A stretch of 64,000 bases of DNA from Squalus acanthias (GCA_030390025.1 CM059430.1:74586001-74650000), one strand, 5' to 3'. Counted from the stretch's first letter, positions 11,459-25,046 are shown. Numbers and translations: made by a program. Notes: generated by a model from the letters alone, not told the origin.

Positions 11459-12448
11459 TTTATTTCGAAAATGCTGATTTTATTACATTTTATCATGCGA
11501 TCCATTACTTGAGGAGGAAGATAGCTTTCACGCAAAATATAAGGCTGAGAACAGTAAACATGTCGCCATTGAATCGGGAGTTGAACACAAGATGCAATTG
11601 TGAGATTTTCTTTTTTCTCTTCGTTTCACCAGAAATGAAATCGTCTGTAGAATTTACAAACTGTTACACGTTGAACTAATTCGATAATATTTCCTAGCAA
11701 TTCCCGAAAGTAACAACAATGAAAATGAATAATAGTGATTAAATAAGAAACATGAGATCATATTTGCATCAGAAATATCGAGGCGTCTTAAACTATTTAC
11801 GTCTCAACATCAGGTTTTTCTTTCATTTTATCTGTGTAACAAGCTTCCGGCCAAGATTGCTACATAATTTCACAGAGCACTACATTAAAGGAAACTATTG
11901 TGCAACATGTTTGTTAACAACTTGGCTTGTTACAAAATACAAGTTTCTTAAAGAAAACAATGATTGGTTTTTTTTCGAAGTCTGCTTCGAAAGTTTATCA
12001 ATAAGTAGACCACTCTGTATATGTAATCGCTCACACTTCTCCAAATCTACATCGTAGTAAAGGAATTTTACCTTCCCCTTTGTCCAGCTCTATAATTACA
12101 CATTACGACATAATTATAAAGGGGTGATATGCATTCCCTTTATTTTAATTTAATTTATGGACATTTAACAATAATATCAGGAGCCTAATGTTTAATTATA
12201 CTCTGTACTTTTTGAAATCCGTGTGGGCAAGTGCCATCATTTGCTAACAGGATCACATAGAAGGGAAACGTTTGCATTGCGCAAAGACAAAGTACTGCAA
12301 ATACACGTGAATATCGTAAAACAGCTATCGATAAATTATCATCCTTTCTCGCTGATGCAATAAAGAGACTTCGTCAGTCTATTTTTTATCCTACAATTAT
12401 TATTTTGTTTTTCTACAGGACAAAATGTCCAACGCGGAAATTGTTCTT

Positions 12449-12517
12449 GGGGGGTGGTGTGGGCGTGGGGGGGGGGGGCGGTGGTGGCGGGGGGGGGGGC
12501 GTGGGGCGGGATTTCCC
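12449..12517 (+). repeat. G-rich tract (G-quadruplex potential) ending in GGGGCGGGATTTCCC
   Basis: Multiple G runs of 3 or more. Confidence 0.8.
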
Positions 12518-12739
12518 AGTGAACACAGGCGAAAGAGCATCTAGAAAAGTCGCCGGCTTTGAATTAACATTCAGCAGCTTCTTACCAGAAGGACAAGTAT
12601 CCCCTTAGGTCTGCCTTAACTATTGATATTACTGAAGAAAAATTGTGCTACTGTTGGTAATGCAAGTAACAGATACAAAAGGCTGCGCCTCAGTGACAGA
12701 TCAATAGGTGGTACAGAGAATGGGGTACTGGGATAAATC

Positions 12740-14370
12740 TAAGAGGTAGGGGGGCAAAAATGGTTCGGCGAGCTAAAACTAAAATGAGTAAAGGATTCTA
12801 GGCAATATAAAATCGAAATTTAAAATGATTCTATGAGCACATAGGATAGGAAAAAAAAACAAGGATGTAGGCTGGGCTTTGGAAAGCAGCAAAAGGAGTC
12901 AGCATTGGCTGTTGAAGTGAAAATAGGGATTATTTAAAAAAAAACTTAAGCAAGTATTGAACAGTAAGTAACAGAATCGAAAAAGGCTGTACAATAGCAT
13001 ACCGCTCCCCCTCTATTGTAATATGCCAATGGACGAAAGTTGTTACTTTTGGCGGGCATGTTCAATTAATCCGTAGAACTGGGATTTGTTTCACGGTGTA
13101 CGGAAGGTTGATATTTAGAGTTATTTAGTAGACGTGAATCATATGTGTATAAATTCAAGTGTAGCCATTGACCAACTAATATTACCCATAATTACTTCTG
13201 GTTAACTAAAATGCTAATACTTTTTCAGAATACAGCTGCAAGGAGAGTCAAAAGATGTTTTGACTAATCTTTGATAAAAAAGAACCATAGGCTGCGTTGA
13301 AGGATAAATTGATAAATGACATATCCTATCGCTAAGTAGAAATTAGAGTTCGCTTAACAAAACAAATTGCAAAGATATTTAAACGACACTTAGTATAAGG
13401 ACATAAAATGAGAGAGATCAGAGAGTTAAGGTTTCCATCTGGTAGATTGAAGTGAGATAGTCTTGACACCGTCAAGACTAGTTAAACAGCGCTGACATGG
13501 GTTGGGCCCTTGGTGCAGAAAGGCCTTGTCCCAGGGAGGTTAGGAATGAAAGAGATAAAGTGAATTCCAATGGGGTGAAAATATACAATCAAGATAACAG
13601 GAGAGCAGCACAGAGTTAGTGGAAAAGTACTGGAAAAGTGAGTGGCCAGATGCTAACATTAGTCCGAGTTTAATGGTATTTTTACCATTGGAACCAATTA
13701 AAAAAGGTGATTTTGTTAAAGACCATATATGGACACTGGCCAAACGAACTTTTGATAATAAATGCGTTAAAACCTTGATACTCAAAGAATAACTTCACAC
13801 AGACTTACTGCGAGAACAAATGAACAGACTTAAGACGACGTCTTCTGTGTCCGAGAGGTTCCAGAGAACAAGGGCAGCGAGCTACTCGTTAAAAGTATCG
13901 CCTATTGTTAAGTATATTACGCTGTAAGCTTAATAAATCTTGATCTCTTTCTCAAACATACTGGCTGCTGTCTATTCCTGTCTTGTCCAAGAATGCTGAG
14001 AGATCAATAAAATCTTACAACGGATTGGAAAAAAGGGAACATGATATCTAACGTTATAAAAGGCTGAAAGGACGATGTCAAAAAGCAGAGGCCAGTGATT
14101 CCCTCATGTGTACTGGGAACGTGTTAGTGGCCATATAGATAAACGGTATGGTGAAACATCTGGAAGAGTAGAAAGTCATCAAACAAGTCAACATAGCGTT
14201 ACGTGATTTTCACGTTTTAAAAGAAAACAATCACAATTAATTAATGAGGTACTGGCGTTTTTTAGATAAAGGAAGTCGGTGGGCAATTGTTATCCATACT
14301 CCAGGAAATCCACTATGATTTTTCATTTGTCTCTGTATTTTCATAGGAGGTTGATAAATCAGGTAGAATA
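12740..14370 (+). mobile_element. Highly decayed CR1-like ORF2 fragment, interrupted
   Basis: Faint remnants (ggattggaaaaaaggg..., aggccagtgattccctcat, gataaaggaagt). Confidence 0.4.
13394..14019 (+). mobile_element. Putative solo LTR
   Basis: Ends t(a)taag...cttaca (inverted, TG..CA-like with one change), AATAAA at ~13932, ~630 bp, interrupts CR1-like sequence; no clear TSD. Confidence 0.35.
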
Positions 14371-14399
14371 GCAAAACCTAGTTGAGTAGTTAATCATTT

Positions 14400-14715
14400 T
14401 TTTTATTATTTTATTCATTCTCGTGATGTGCAAGTCGCTGGCGAGCCCATAATTTATTTCCCACTGCTAGTTACCCTTCAGAAGGTGGTGATGAGCCTTG
14501 GTCTTCAACAGCTGCTGTCTGTGTGGCAAAGGTGCTCACATAATGATGTTTGGTAGGAAGTTCCAGATTTTTGACCCAATACAATGAAGGAATGGCGATA
14601 TGTGTCCATGTCAGGAAGGTGTGTGACTGGAGGGAAAAATGGAGGTAATGGTGTTCACATGCACCTGCAGCCTTTGCAACTCAAGGTGGTAGAACTCGCG
14701 GGTTTTGGAGAAGTA
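14400..14715 (-). mobile_element. 3' end fragment of the single-ORF LINE family (family B)
   Basis: Reverse-complement match to 19060-19335 (AHHHLLKG region and atgaat tail). Confidence 0.75.
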
Positions 14716-15629
14716 TTTTTAAAATGCACTCAACGCCTGGGTTAGAAAATTCCAAAGATCTACAATCTTCTGAGTAAAGACACTTCTCGTTACCGCGGTC
14801 CTAAATGGCTGAACTCCTTATCCTGAGTTAATGCCCTCTTGTTCTAGACTCTCCAGCCAAGGTAAGTAGCCTCTCAGAATCTACCGAGTCAAACCCTCTC
14901 AGCAGATTTTATATTTCAATAAGATCACCTCTCATTCTTCTAAACTCCAGAAAGTATAGGCCGAATCTACTCATTCTCTGCTCATAGGCAAAATCTCTCA
15001 TCACATGAATCAATCTAGTGAACCTTCGTTACACCCCCACCTAGGGCAAGTATATCCTTCCTTAGATATGGAGGCCAGAACTGTACACATTACTCCAGGT
15101 GTGGTCTCAATAAAGTGCTGTGCAATTGTAGCAAGAGTTTCTTACTGTTGTACTCCAACCCCTTGCAATAAAAGCCAACATACCATTCGCCTTCCTAATT
15201 GCTTGGTATATCTCCATGTTAATTTTCTGTGCTTCTTCTGAACACCAATATTTAATAATTTGTCTTCATTTAAAAAAATATATTTTTCATGACACCTACC
15301 AAAGCGAATAACCTCACATTCCCCCACATTAGACTCAATCTGCCACATTTTTACCCCACTCACTGAACCTGTCTATATGCCTTTGTAGATTCTTTATGTC
15401 ATCTTTACAGCTTGCTTTCCCACCTAGCTATGCACTGTCAAAGTTGGATATGTTACACTCGGTCCCTTCATCAATGTAATTAATATAGATTGTAACTATC
15501 TGAGTCCCCAGCACTGATCCTGTTGCACCCCAATATTTACAGCCTGCCAATCTGAAAATGATTCGTTTATTGCTGCATCCTGTTTTCTATCCTTTAAACA
15601 ATATTCTATACATGGTTATATAATTTCAG

Positions 15630-18600
15630 TGGAAATGTAGCACAGTGGTTATGTTACTAGACTAGTAATCCAGGGGAGGTGAAATCAAATCCCCACCTGG
15701 CAGCTGGGAAATTTAAATTTCAGTTACTTAAATAAATCTGGCATAAAAAGCTAATGTCACCTGTTGTGGGTTCAAGTCCCAGTCTTGGGACTTCAGCACA
15801 TGAATTCTAGGCTGACGCTCCAGTGCAGTGCTGAGGGAGTGCTGCACTGTCGGAAGGTGCCGTCTTTCAGTTGAGACGTTAAATGAAGGCCCCGTCTGCT
15901 CTCTCAGATGGACGTAAAAGATCCCAATGCACTATTTCGAAGAAGAGCAGGAGAGTTGTCCCCGGTGTCCTAGTCAATATTTATCCCTCAATCTACACTT
16001 CAAAAACGGATTATCTGGTCATTATCACATTGCTGTTAATGGGAGCTTGCTGTGCGTGCATTGGCTGCCGCATTTCTTACAGTAAAACAGTGACACCACT
16101 CCAAAAGTTCTTCAATAGCTGTAAAGCGCTTTGAGACATCCGGCGGTCGTGAAAGGCGCTACGTAAAAGCAAGTCTTTCTTTTACTTTTGTTTTTAGCAG
16201 TAATGGTTACCATGAAACTATCGGATTGTCGTAAAAACCATTTTGGTTCATTTATGTTATTTAGGGAAGGAAATCTGCGATCCGGGTCTTGCCAATATGT
16301 GAAACCAGACTCTTAACTGCCCTCTGAGATAACCTAGTAAGGCAGTCAGTTGTAACAAACCGCTACAAGAAACAATAAAAGGAATAAAACCGGACGGACC
16401 ACCCGGCATCGACCTCGGCACTGGCTTTGGACACGACAACGGCACACCCAGCCCAGTCGACCCTGCAAAGCCCTCCTCACCAACATCTGGGGACTTGTTC
16501 CAACATTGGGAGCGCTGTCCTACAGACTAGTCAAGCAACAGCCTGACAAAGTCAAACTCACAAAATCATACCTTTCAGCCAATGGACCAATCTCCTCCAT
16601 CACCATCCTTTGGTATGCCTGTCCCACCGGCAGGACAGACCCACCAGGATTGGCGGCCCAGTAGTATACAGTCGGGAAGGAGTGGCCCTGGGTGTCTTCA
16701 ATATGGACTCCAGAACCGATGAAGTCTCATGGCTTCAGTTCAAGCATGGGCAAGGAAACCTCCTGCTGATTACCACCTTCGGCCCTCCCTCAGCTGATGA
16801 ATCAGTACTTCTCCATGTTGAAGTCCACTTGGAAGTAGCACTGAGAGTAGCACGGGCACATAATTTACTCTGGGTGGGGGACTTCAATGTGCATCACCAA
16901 GAGAGGCTCAGTAGCAGCACTACTGACTGGGCTGGCCGAGACCTGAAGGATATACCTGCAAGACTGGGCCTGCGAGATGTGGTGAGAGAACCAACACGAG
17001 GGAAAAACCTACTTGATCTCGTCCTCAACAATCTACCTATCGCAAATGCATCTGTCCAAGACAGCTTAGGTAGCAGTGACCACCGCACAGTCATTGTGGA
17101 GCCGAAGTTCCGTCTTCACACTGAGGACACCGTCCATCGTCTTGTGTGCCAGTACCGCCTTGCTAAATGGGGCACATTCAGAACAGAGCTAGCTCCTCAA
17201 ATCTGGGCATTCATGAGACGCTGTTTGGCCATCAGCAGCAGCTGAATTGTATTCCATCACAATCTGTAATCTCATGGCCCGGCATATCATTCACGCTAAG
17301 ATTAACATCAAGCCAGGTGACCATCCCTGGTTCAATAAGGAGTGCAGAACAGCAAGCCAGGAGCAGCACCAGGTGCCCTAAAAATGAGGTGCCATCTTGG
17401 GAAAGCTGCAACACAGAACTGCATGCATGCTAAAGAGCAGAAATAACATGCTACAGAGAGGGCCAAGCGATTCCACAATCAACTGACCAGATCAAAGCTC
17501 GGCAGTCCTGCCACATCCAGTCGTGAATGGTAGTGGACAATTAAACAACTAACGGGAGGAGGAGGCTCCATGAATATCCCCATCCTCAATGATGGTGGAG
17601 CCCAGCACGTGAGTGCAAAAGACAAGGCTGAAACGTTTGCAACCATCTTCAGCCGGAAGTGCCGGGTGGATGATTAATATTGGCCTCCTCCTGAGGTACC
17701 CACAATCACAGAAGCCAGTCTTCAGCCAATTCGATTCACTACACGTGATATGAAGAAACGGTTGCGCGCACTGGATAGAGTAAAGGATGTTTGCCTCGAC
17801 AACATCCCGGCTGTCGTGCTGAAGACTTATGCTCCAGAACTAGCCGTGGTTCTAGTTAAGCTGTCCCAGTACTGCTATAGCACTAGCATATATACGACAA
17901 TGTGGAAAACTGCACAGCTCTGTCCTGTCCACAAAATGCATGACAAATCCAAACCGATCAACTACCGCCCCATCAGTCTACTCTCAAACATCAGCAAAGT
18001 AATGGAAGGTGTCGCCGAATGTGCTATCAAGCGGCACTTAATCACCAGTAACCTATTCAGTGATGCTCAGTTTGGGTTCCGCCAGGACGACATTGCTCCA
18101 GACCTCATTACAACCTTGGTCCAAACACGAGCAATAGAGCTGAATTCCAGACGTGAGCTTAGAGTGACTGCCCTTGACATCAAAGCAGCATTTGACCGAG
18201 TGTGGCATCAAGAAGCCCTAGTAAAACGAAAGTCAATGGGAATCGGGGCGAAAACTGTCCAATGGCTGGAGTCATACCTTGCACAAAGGAAGAAAGTTGG
18301 GGTGGTTGGAGGTCAATCATCTGAGTCCCAGGACATCACTGCCGGAATTCTTCAGTACAGTGTCCTAGGCCCAACCATCTTCAATTGCTTCGACAATGAA
18401 CTTACCTCCAACATAAGGTCAGAAATGTAGATATTCGCTGATGACTGCACAGTGTTCAGTGCCATTCGCAACTCCTCAGCGAATAAAGTAGTCTATGCCC
18501 GCATGCAACAAGACCTAGACGACATTCAGGCTTGGGCTGATAAGTGGCAAGTGACATTCGCGCCACACATGTGCCAGGCAATGACTATCTCCAAAAAGCG

Positions 18601-19336
18601 ATTGTCTTACCACCGTCTCATAACATTCAACGGCATTACCATCGCAGAATCCTCCACAATTAACATCCTGGGGGTCACCATTGACTAGAAACTTAACTGG
18701 AGCTGACAAATAAATACTGTGGCAACAAGAACAGGTAAGAGGCTTGTTCTTCTGTTGCGAGTGTCTCTCCTTGTGATTCCCCAAAGCTTTTCCACCATCA
18801 ACAAGGCACAAGTAAGGAATGTGATGGAATACTCTCCACTTCCCTGGATGAGTGCAGCTCCAACATCACTCAAGAAGCCCGATAGCATCGAGGACAGAGC
18901 AGCCCGCTTGATTGCCACTCCATCGAACACGTGAAACATTCACTCCCTCCACCACAATTGTACCGTTGCTGCAGTGTGTACCATCTGCAAGATCCACTGC
19001 AGCAACTCGACAAGGCTTCTTTGGCAGCACCACTGAAACCCGCAAACTCTACCAGCTAGATGGACAATGGCAGCAGGGGCATGGAAACACCACCACCTCC
19101 CATATCCCCTCCAAGTCACACATCATCCTGACTTGGAAGTATATAGCCATTCCTTCATCGTCGCTGTGTCAATCTCCTGGAACTCCCTCCCTAATAGCAC
19201 GGTGGGATTACCGTCACCACACGGACTGCAGTGGTTCAAGAAGGCGGCTCACCACCACCTTCTCAAGGGCAACTAGGGATAGTCAATAAATGCTGGCCTT
19301 GCCAGCGACGCCCACATCTCATGAATGAATAAAAAA
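15630..19336 (+). mobile_element. Near full-length single-ORF non-LTR retrotransposon (family B; APE endonuclease + RT) with tRNA-like 5' head; decayed
   Basis: APE motifs VGDFNVHH, PTRGKNLLDLV, SDH (ORF 16610); RT motifs NYRPISLLS, QFGFR, ALDIKAAFDRVWH, FADD (ORF 17750 onward); ends AAHHHLLKGN* plus atgaatgaataaaa; exact clade not determined. Confidence 0.88.
15755..16195 (+). mobile_element. DeuSINE (SacSINE1-like) nested in the family-B 5' UTR
   Basis: B box GGTTCAAGTCCC, body ggtgccgtctttcagttgagacgttaaa, tail gcaagtctttcttt. Confidence 0.8.
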
Positions 19337-20061
19337 TGTTACCCCCAAGCCCATGTGCCCGATCTATCATGTGGTACCATATCAAATGCCATTCGAAAAT
19401 CCAAATATGCTACATCCACTGAATCCCCTCTATCTACACTGCTATTTAGATCATCAACAACTCTAATAGATTTGTCGAATCGGATTTTCTTTACATAAAA
19501 CCATTTTGACTCTGTCTAATAATATTATAATTTTCGAAGTGCCTTGTTCTCACTTGCCTAATAATGGATTCCAGCATTTTCTCGACGGCTGATATAAGAC
19601 TGACTGGCCTGTGGTTTCATTTTTTTCTCTCTCCCTCTTTTCTCTAAAAGCAGTGTTACGATTGCTACCTTCCAATCCACGAGGAACGTTCTAGTATATC
19701 GGGACTTTTTGAAGCTAGCAGCCAATGCAGCCAATAAACTTGCAGCACCTCTTTTAGAATCCTTGGATGTCGGCCATCAGGTCCCGGGTGTTTAATGGCT
19801 TTTAATCACGTGAATTCCTCCAGTAATTTTTCTTTGCTAATATTAATTGCTTTATGTTCCTCACTCTGATTAGAGCCTTGGCTCCCCAATATTTCTGGTA
19901 TGTCTTTGTGTTTTTACTGTGAAGACAGGTAAAAATTATGTGTTTAACGTCTCTGCCATTTCCTTATTCGCTATTATAATTTCTCCTGTCTCAGCTTCTA
20001 CGGGAACAAGGTTTACTTTCGCTACTCTGTTTCCTTTGTCACACTTGTAGAACCTCTTACC

Positions 20062-21441
20062 TTCTTTCCTGATCGTTGATCGCACAGGATACAGCAAAGG
20101 CTATGGGCGGCGAGAACATCTCGGCTGTCGTGCGAAAGATTGTGCTCCAGAACTAGCCGCACCTATTGCAAAGCTGTTCTTGTACAGCTACAATACTGGG
20201 ATCTAACTGACAATGTGTAAAACTGCTCAGATATATCCGCTCAACAAAAAGCAGGACAAATCTTATCCAGCCAATTACCGCCCCATCAGTCTACTTTCAC
20301 TCATCAGCAAAGAGATGAAAGGTGTCGACGACAGTGCTATCAAGGGGCACTTACTCAGCAACAAGCTGCTCACCAGTGCTCAGCTTGGGTTCTGCCACGA
20401 CCACTCAGCTCAAGAAGCCATTGCAGCCTTGGCCTAAACATGGAAAAAAGTAGCTGAATGCCAGAGCTGAGATGAGAGTGACTGCCCTTGACATCAAATG
20501 AGCATTTGACCAAGTGTGGCATCAAGGATACCTAGTAAAACTTAAGTCAATCGGAATCAGGGGGGGAAAGGTGCACTGGCTGATATCATATCTAGCACAA
20601 AGGAAGATGTTGTTGGTTTTGGAGGTCAATCATCTTAGCCTCAGGACATCACTGTAAGAGTACCTCAGGGCTGTGTCCCAACCCCAACCGTCTTCAGCTA
20701 CTTCATCAATGAAGTTCCCTCCAACATAAGGTGGGTATGCTTGATGGCAATTGCACAGTGTGGAGTTCCTTTCGCAAATCCTCAGATAATGAAGCAGTTC
20801 ATGCCCGCATGCAGCAAGAACAGGATGACATTCAGGCTTGGGCTGATAAGTGAAGAGTAACATTCGTCCCACACAAGTACCAGGCAATGACTATCTCCAA
20901 CAAGCGAGAGTCTAGCCACCGCCCCTTTATATTCAACGGCACTACCATCGCCGAATCCCCCACCATCAACATCCTGGGGGTCATGAATGACTAGAAACGA
21001 AATTGGATTCGCCACATAATTATTGTGGCAACAAGAGTGGGTCAGAGGCTAGGTATTCTGTGGCGTGTGTCTTACCTCCTGACTTCCCAAAGCCTTTCCA
21101 GCATCTACAAGGCACAATTCAGGAGTTTGATGGAACACTCTCCACTTGCCTAAATGAGTGCATGTCCAACAACACTCAAGAAGCTCGACACCATCCAGGA
21201 CGAAGCAGCCCGCTTGATTGGTACCCCATCCACCACCTTAAACATTCAATCCACCACTTTCCAGCGACGCTCACATCGCTGGTAAGTCCAGCATTTATTG
21301 CCCATCCCTAATTGCCCTTGAGAAGATGCTGGTGAGCAGTCTTCTTGAACAGCTGCAGTCCTTGTGGTAAAGTACTCCTGCAGTGCTGTTGAGAAGGGGC
21401 TTCCAGGATTTTGACCCCGCGACCCAGGAATGAATAAAAAC
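20062..21441 (+). mobile_element. 5'-truncated family-B LINE with inverted 3' segment
   Basis: KQDKSYPANYRPISLLS; 21281-21424 matches the family 3' end in reverse orientation. Confidence 0.85.
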
Positions 21442-22079
21442 AATCTTTTTATGTTTCTTACTCGTTTACTCTCATTTTCTTTTTTCTCCCTTTTATCAAT
21501 TTTTTGGTCATCCTTTGTTGATTTCTAATACTCTCCCAATCCTCAGGCTTGCTACCCATCTTAACAACATTATTGTCCTCTTCATTTAATCTAATACTAT
21601 CCTTAATCTGCTAAATTAGCCGCGTATGCATCACTTTTCCCGTGAAGTTTTTATTTCTCAATTGAATGTACACGCTTTAAAATTAGGAAATACTTCTTTA
21701 AATGTTCCACATTGCCGCTCTACCATCATTCATTTTTTTCTAATTTCCCAGTGTACCTTATACTTAAACTATGTTATTGGCTTTATTTAAGGATAATGCT
21801 CTAGTTTCAGAGTTAAGTATGTCACTCTGGAACTCAATGTGAATTTCTATCATTTCTATGATTACTAATTAAGAAGGATAAGATCTGTCTTCCAGTAATC
21901 CCTTCGTTTACCTCTGCACTCACCAGTTTCCTGCAATATTCACTTGAAAGCCCTGGATTCAAAGTTGGCAGAGGCGGCAGAGAATAAAGAGAGCGGCACC
22001 CGAGGACAGTGCGGACCTGCGAGGAGTCGGAGGCAGAGGCTTCAGAGAATAAAGAGAGCGTGACCTGAGGAAAGTTTGC

Positions 22080-23385
22080 TAGGTTTAACCTAATTAATGA
22101 GATCCAACACGGATTTGTAAAAGGCAGATCATGTTTGACTAATCTAATTGAATTTTTTGATGAAGTAAAAGGGAGGATTGATGAAGGGAACGCAATGGAT
22201 GTTCTCTGCATGGATTTTAGGAAGGCGTTTGACAAAGTAGCACATCGAAGGCTGGTTAAGCAAATTGAGGTTCATGGAATAGGCGAGTCAGTGGCAGCTT
22301 GGATAAGGAATTGGCTTAATGACAGAAAACAGCGAGTTGTGGTAAATGGCTGTTTTTCAGACTGGAGGCTGGTAGACAATGGTGTTTTTCAAGGGTCAGT
22401 GCTGGGGCCACTGCTTTATTTGATATATATAAATGACCTGGATTTTGGAATACAGAGTAGAATTTCGAAATTTGCCGATGACACCATACATTGGGGATGG
22501 TTTGCAAACAGTGAGGAGGATGCCGATCGACTGCAACATGACATAGAAAGGCAAGCAGAATGGCCAGACAAGTGGCAAGAGCATTTAATACAGAGAAGCG
22601 TGAGGTGATGCATTTTTGCAGATGGAGCAGGGAGAGGCAATATACAATTAATGGCACAGTTTTAAAGAGAGTGCAGGGACAGAGGGACCTGGGAGTTAAT
22701 GTGCATAGGTCCCTGAAAGTGGCAGGACATATTGAGAGAGTGGCTAACAAAGCTTATGGGATCTTGGGCTTCATAATTAGAGGTATTTAGTACCAAAGTA
22801 GAGAGGTTATGCTGAACATTTATAAAGCACTGGTTAGGCCACACCTGGAGGAATGCGTCCAGTTCTGGTCACCACACTTTTGGAAGGATGTGACGGCCCT
22901 TGAGAGGGTGCAGAGGAGATTTACCAGAATGGCTCCGGGGAAGGGGAATCTTAGCCATAAGGACAGGATGCAGAAGCTGGATTTGTTTTCATTAGTGCAA
23001 AGGAGGTTGAGTGGTGATTCGATAGAGGTGTACAAGATTATGATGGGTTTGGATAGGCTTGACGGGGAAAGGTTGTGCCCACTAACTCATGGTAAAAGAA
23101 CTACGGGACAGAGATTTAATGTTTTGGGCAAGTGATGTGAGGAAAAACTTTTGTGTGCAGTGAGTGGTGAGGACCTGGATCTGACTGCCGACGGAAGTGG
23201 TGGAAGCGGAGACACTCAATGTTTACAAGGGGAGACTGGATAGGCACTTGAGGGAAATAAACTTGCAGGTCTACGGGGATAGAGCGGAAGAATGGGACTG
23301 TCTAGATTGCTCTACAGAGAGCCGGCACGGACTCGATCGGCCGAATGGCATCCTTCTGTGCCGTTAATACTGTATGACTCGGTGT
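22080..23385 (+). mobile_element. 5'-truncated CR1 LINE
   Basis: ORFs with TNLIEFF, DFRKAFDKV, QGSVLGP, SKFADDT, LVRPHLE; 3' tail tactgtatgact. Confidence 0.93.
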
Positions 23386-23822
23386 GCTTGCGTGGATCTG
23401 AATATTATTATTGACAAGCTGCTCACCCATAAAGTAATGTTGATGGAACAGAATCGAACCCAATTTAAGTTCTTGTCAAACACCAGCACGGGGTCACTCC
23501 AGGAGGAATCACTGGATAGCTATACATTCATTGTGAACTAAACACCAATCACAGGCATCTGTGGGTATATATAATTATATAATTGTTGGTGACGTAGGTT
23601 AAAATATTTGTCTAAATTATTATTAATTCCTCATTAGGGACTTATTATTGCGTTATGAAGGAAAGTAAAATTGGTATTAATGTAATTGTTGTTTGCATCA
23701 TTTTGGTTGTGGGCTCTGATTCATGAACCAATTAACTGGACTACCATGAAGCGCTTTATTTCATGTGAAGCACTGTCGGATGCTTCTGAGAAAAGGTTTT
23801 CGATGCGGTTTAAATATGCATT

Positions 23823-24580
23823 GTCCCTGAATTTGCGGTCGGTATGGCGGCATACTCTCAGAGTACGTTATCATTCCGGCTTTGAAACTAACCGCAACTT
23901 CAGGATTTGGCACATGCGCTTAGGCGTACAGAAATCCCAAAGTTGCAGTCTGGCAATGGTTGCACTCTGCCGCCAACCCACCCACCCACCCCACCACCCC
24001 ACAGTCGGCAATCAGTGAAATCTCGTAACTCATTTAAACTGACGAAAACTTCAGTTGTTTTGCAGGCAGCAGGGTGTTAAATTCCCCACTTAAATTTGGA
24101 CCCAAAGTGATTAGCTGTAACAACTAAACAAACGTTAAGGGCCTGGAAAACTAATTTTAAATTTGTGCAGTATGAAATTTGCCCATTTAAATAAAAATTT
24201 AAGCTGTTAAGAAACTTTTCAAAAAATGTATATTTTCTTAAGTTTATGCATCTTTATTTTAGGTTTGCATTTTCGCCATGTGAGAACTCCAATATTTCAT
24301 TTGCTCTTTCTAAATATTTTTAAAAAGTTAGAATTTTAAGAGCTGACCCAGTTCCTTGTTCGCTGTCTGTGAGACTTCAGCCTTTCGATTGGCTGCTCAG
24401 ACAGCCTGTTGAAGTCACAGCACTTCACACAAAGGGATCCCCATTAAGTTCGGTTCAATTGAATTGAAGGTCGGGAAACCCGAAGTTATCGACACAGAGA
24501 TTGCTAGATCACTTTGTGGAGCATACTTCGGGGCCAGCAGTGAAAACCTTCCCTTCGCTGCTGACCACAAATCCACGGCC
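23823..24580. mobile_element. MITE (Harbinger-like non-autonomous element)
   Basis: TIR gtccctgaatttgcggtc / gaccacaaatccacggcc, ATT on both flanks, internal palindrome ~23892-23947. Confidence 0.7.
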
Positions 24581-25046
24581 ATTATCTAAACCTTACATAT
24601 TACATAATTAATCACAATATTCTCCTATTACACGTTTCCTGCAGCATAGTTCTCTGCCCACATGACCGGTAAACATTGCTTACTTTTATAACTGTAGCAA
24701 GGAACGTAAGGAATGGGACTTCATTTCTGGCCTTCATGCACGACTGTTTTAACGTCGGTAATCGGCGGTTAGGACTGTACAACAGGACTAAATTTTTTGG
24801 AGGATGAATGCATCAATGATAATTAATATTGTAGCCGGGTATTTCGTTGGTACTTCTCCCGCTTTACTGCTATAACTTTGGCGGGATTTTCGCAAAGGTT
24901 ACAGCATTGGAGTTGTAAGAATGCCAGTGAATTCCTGACTGATGGCTCATTATCTGGAAAATGGATTGATTTGGATTCAAAATGCCACACTATAATATTA
25001 ATGTGAATTTGTAACCGATTAGTCTTAACGTGAGCTTTACAATATA

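Larger units (their letters stand above)
14720..21880 (-). mobile_element. CR1 LINE backbone split into three pieces (14720-15625, 19337-20060, 21442-21880) by family-B insertions
   Basis: CR1 ORF2 motifs are collinear across the two insertions. Confidence 0.8.

Noticed and set aside
12405-12608. Gly-rich ORF
   Set aside because: Product of the G-rich low-complexity tract
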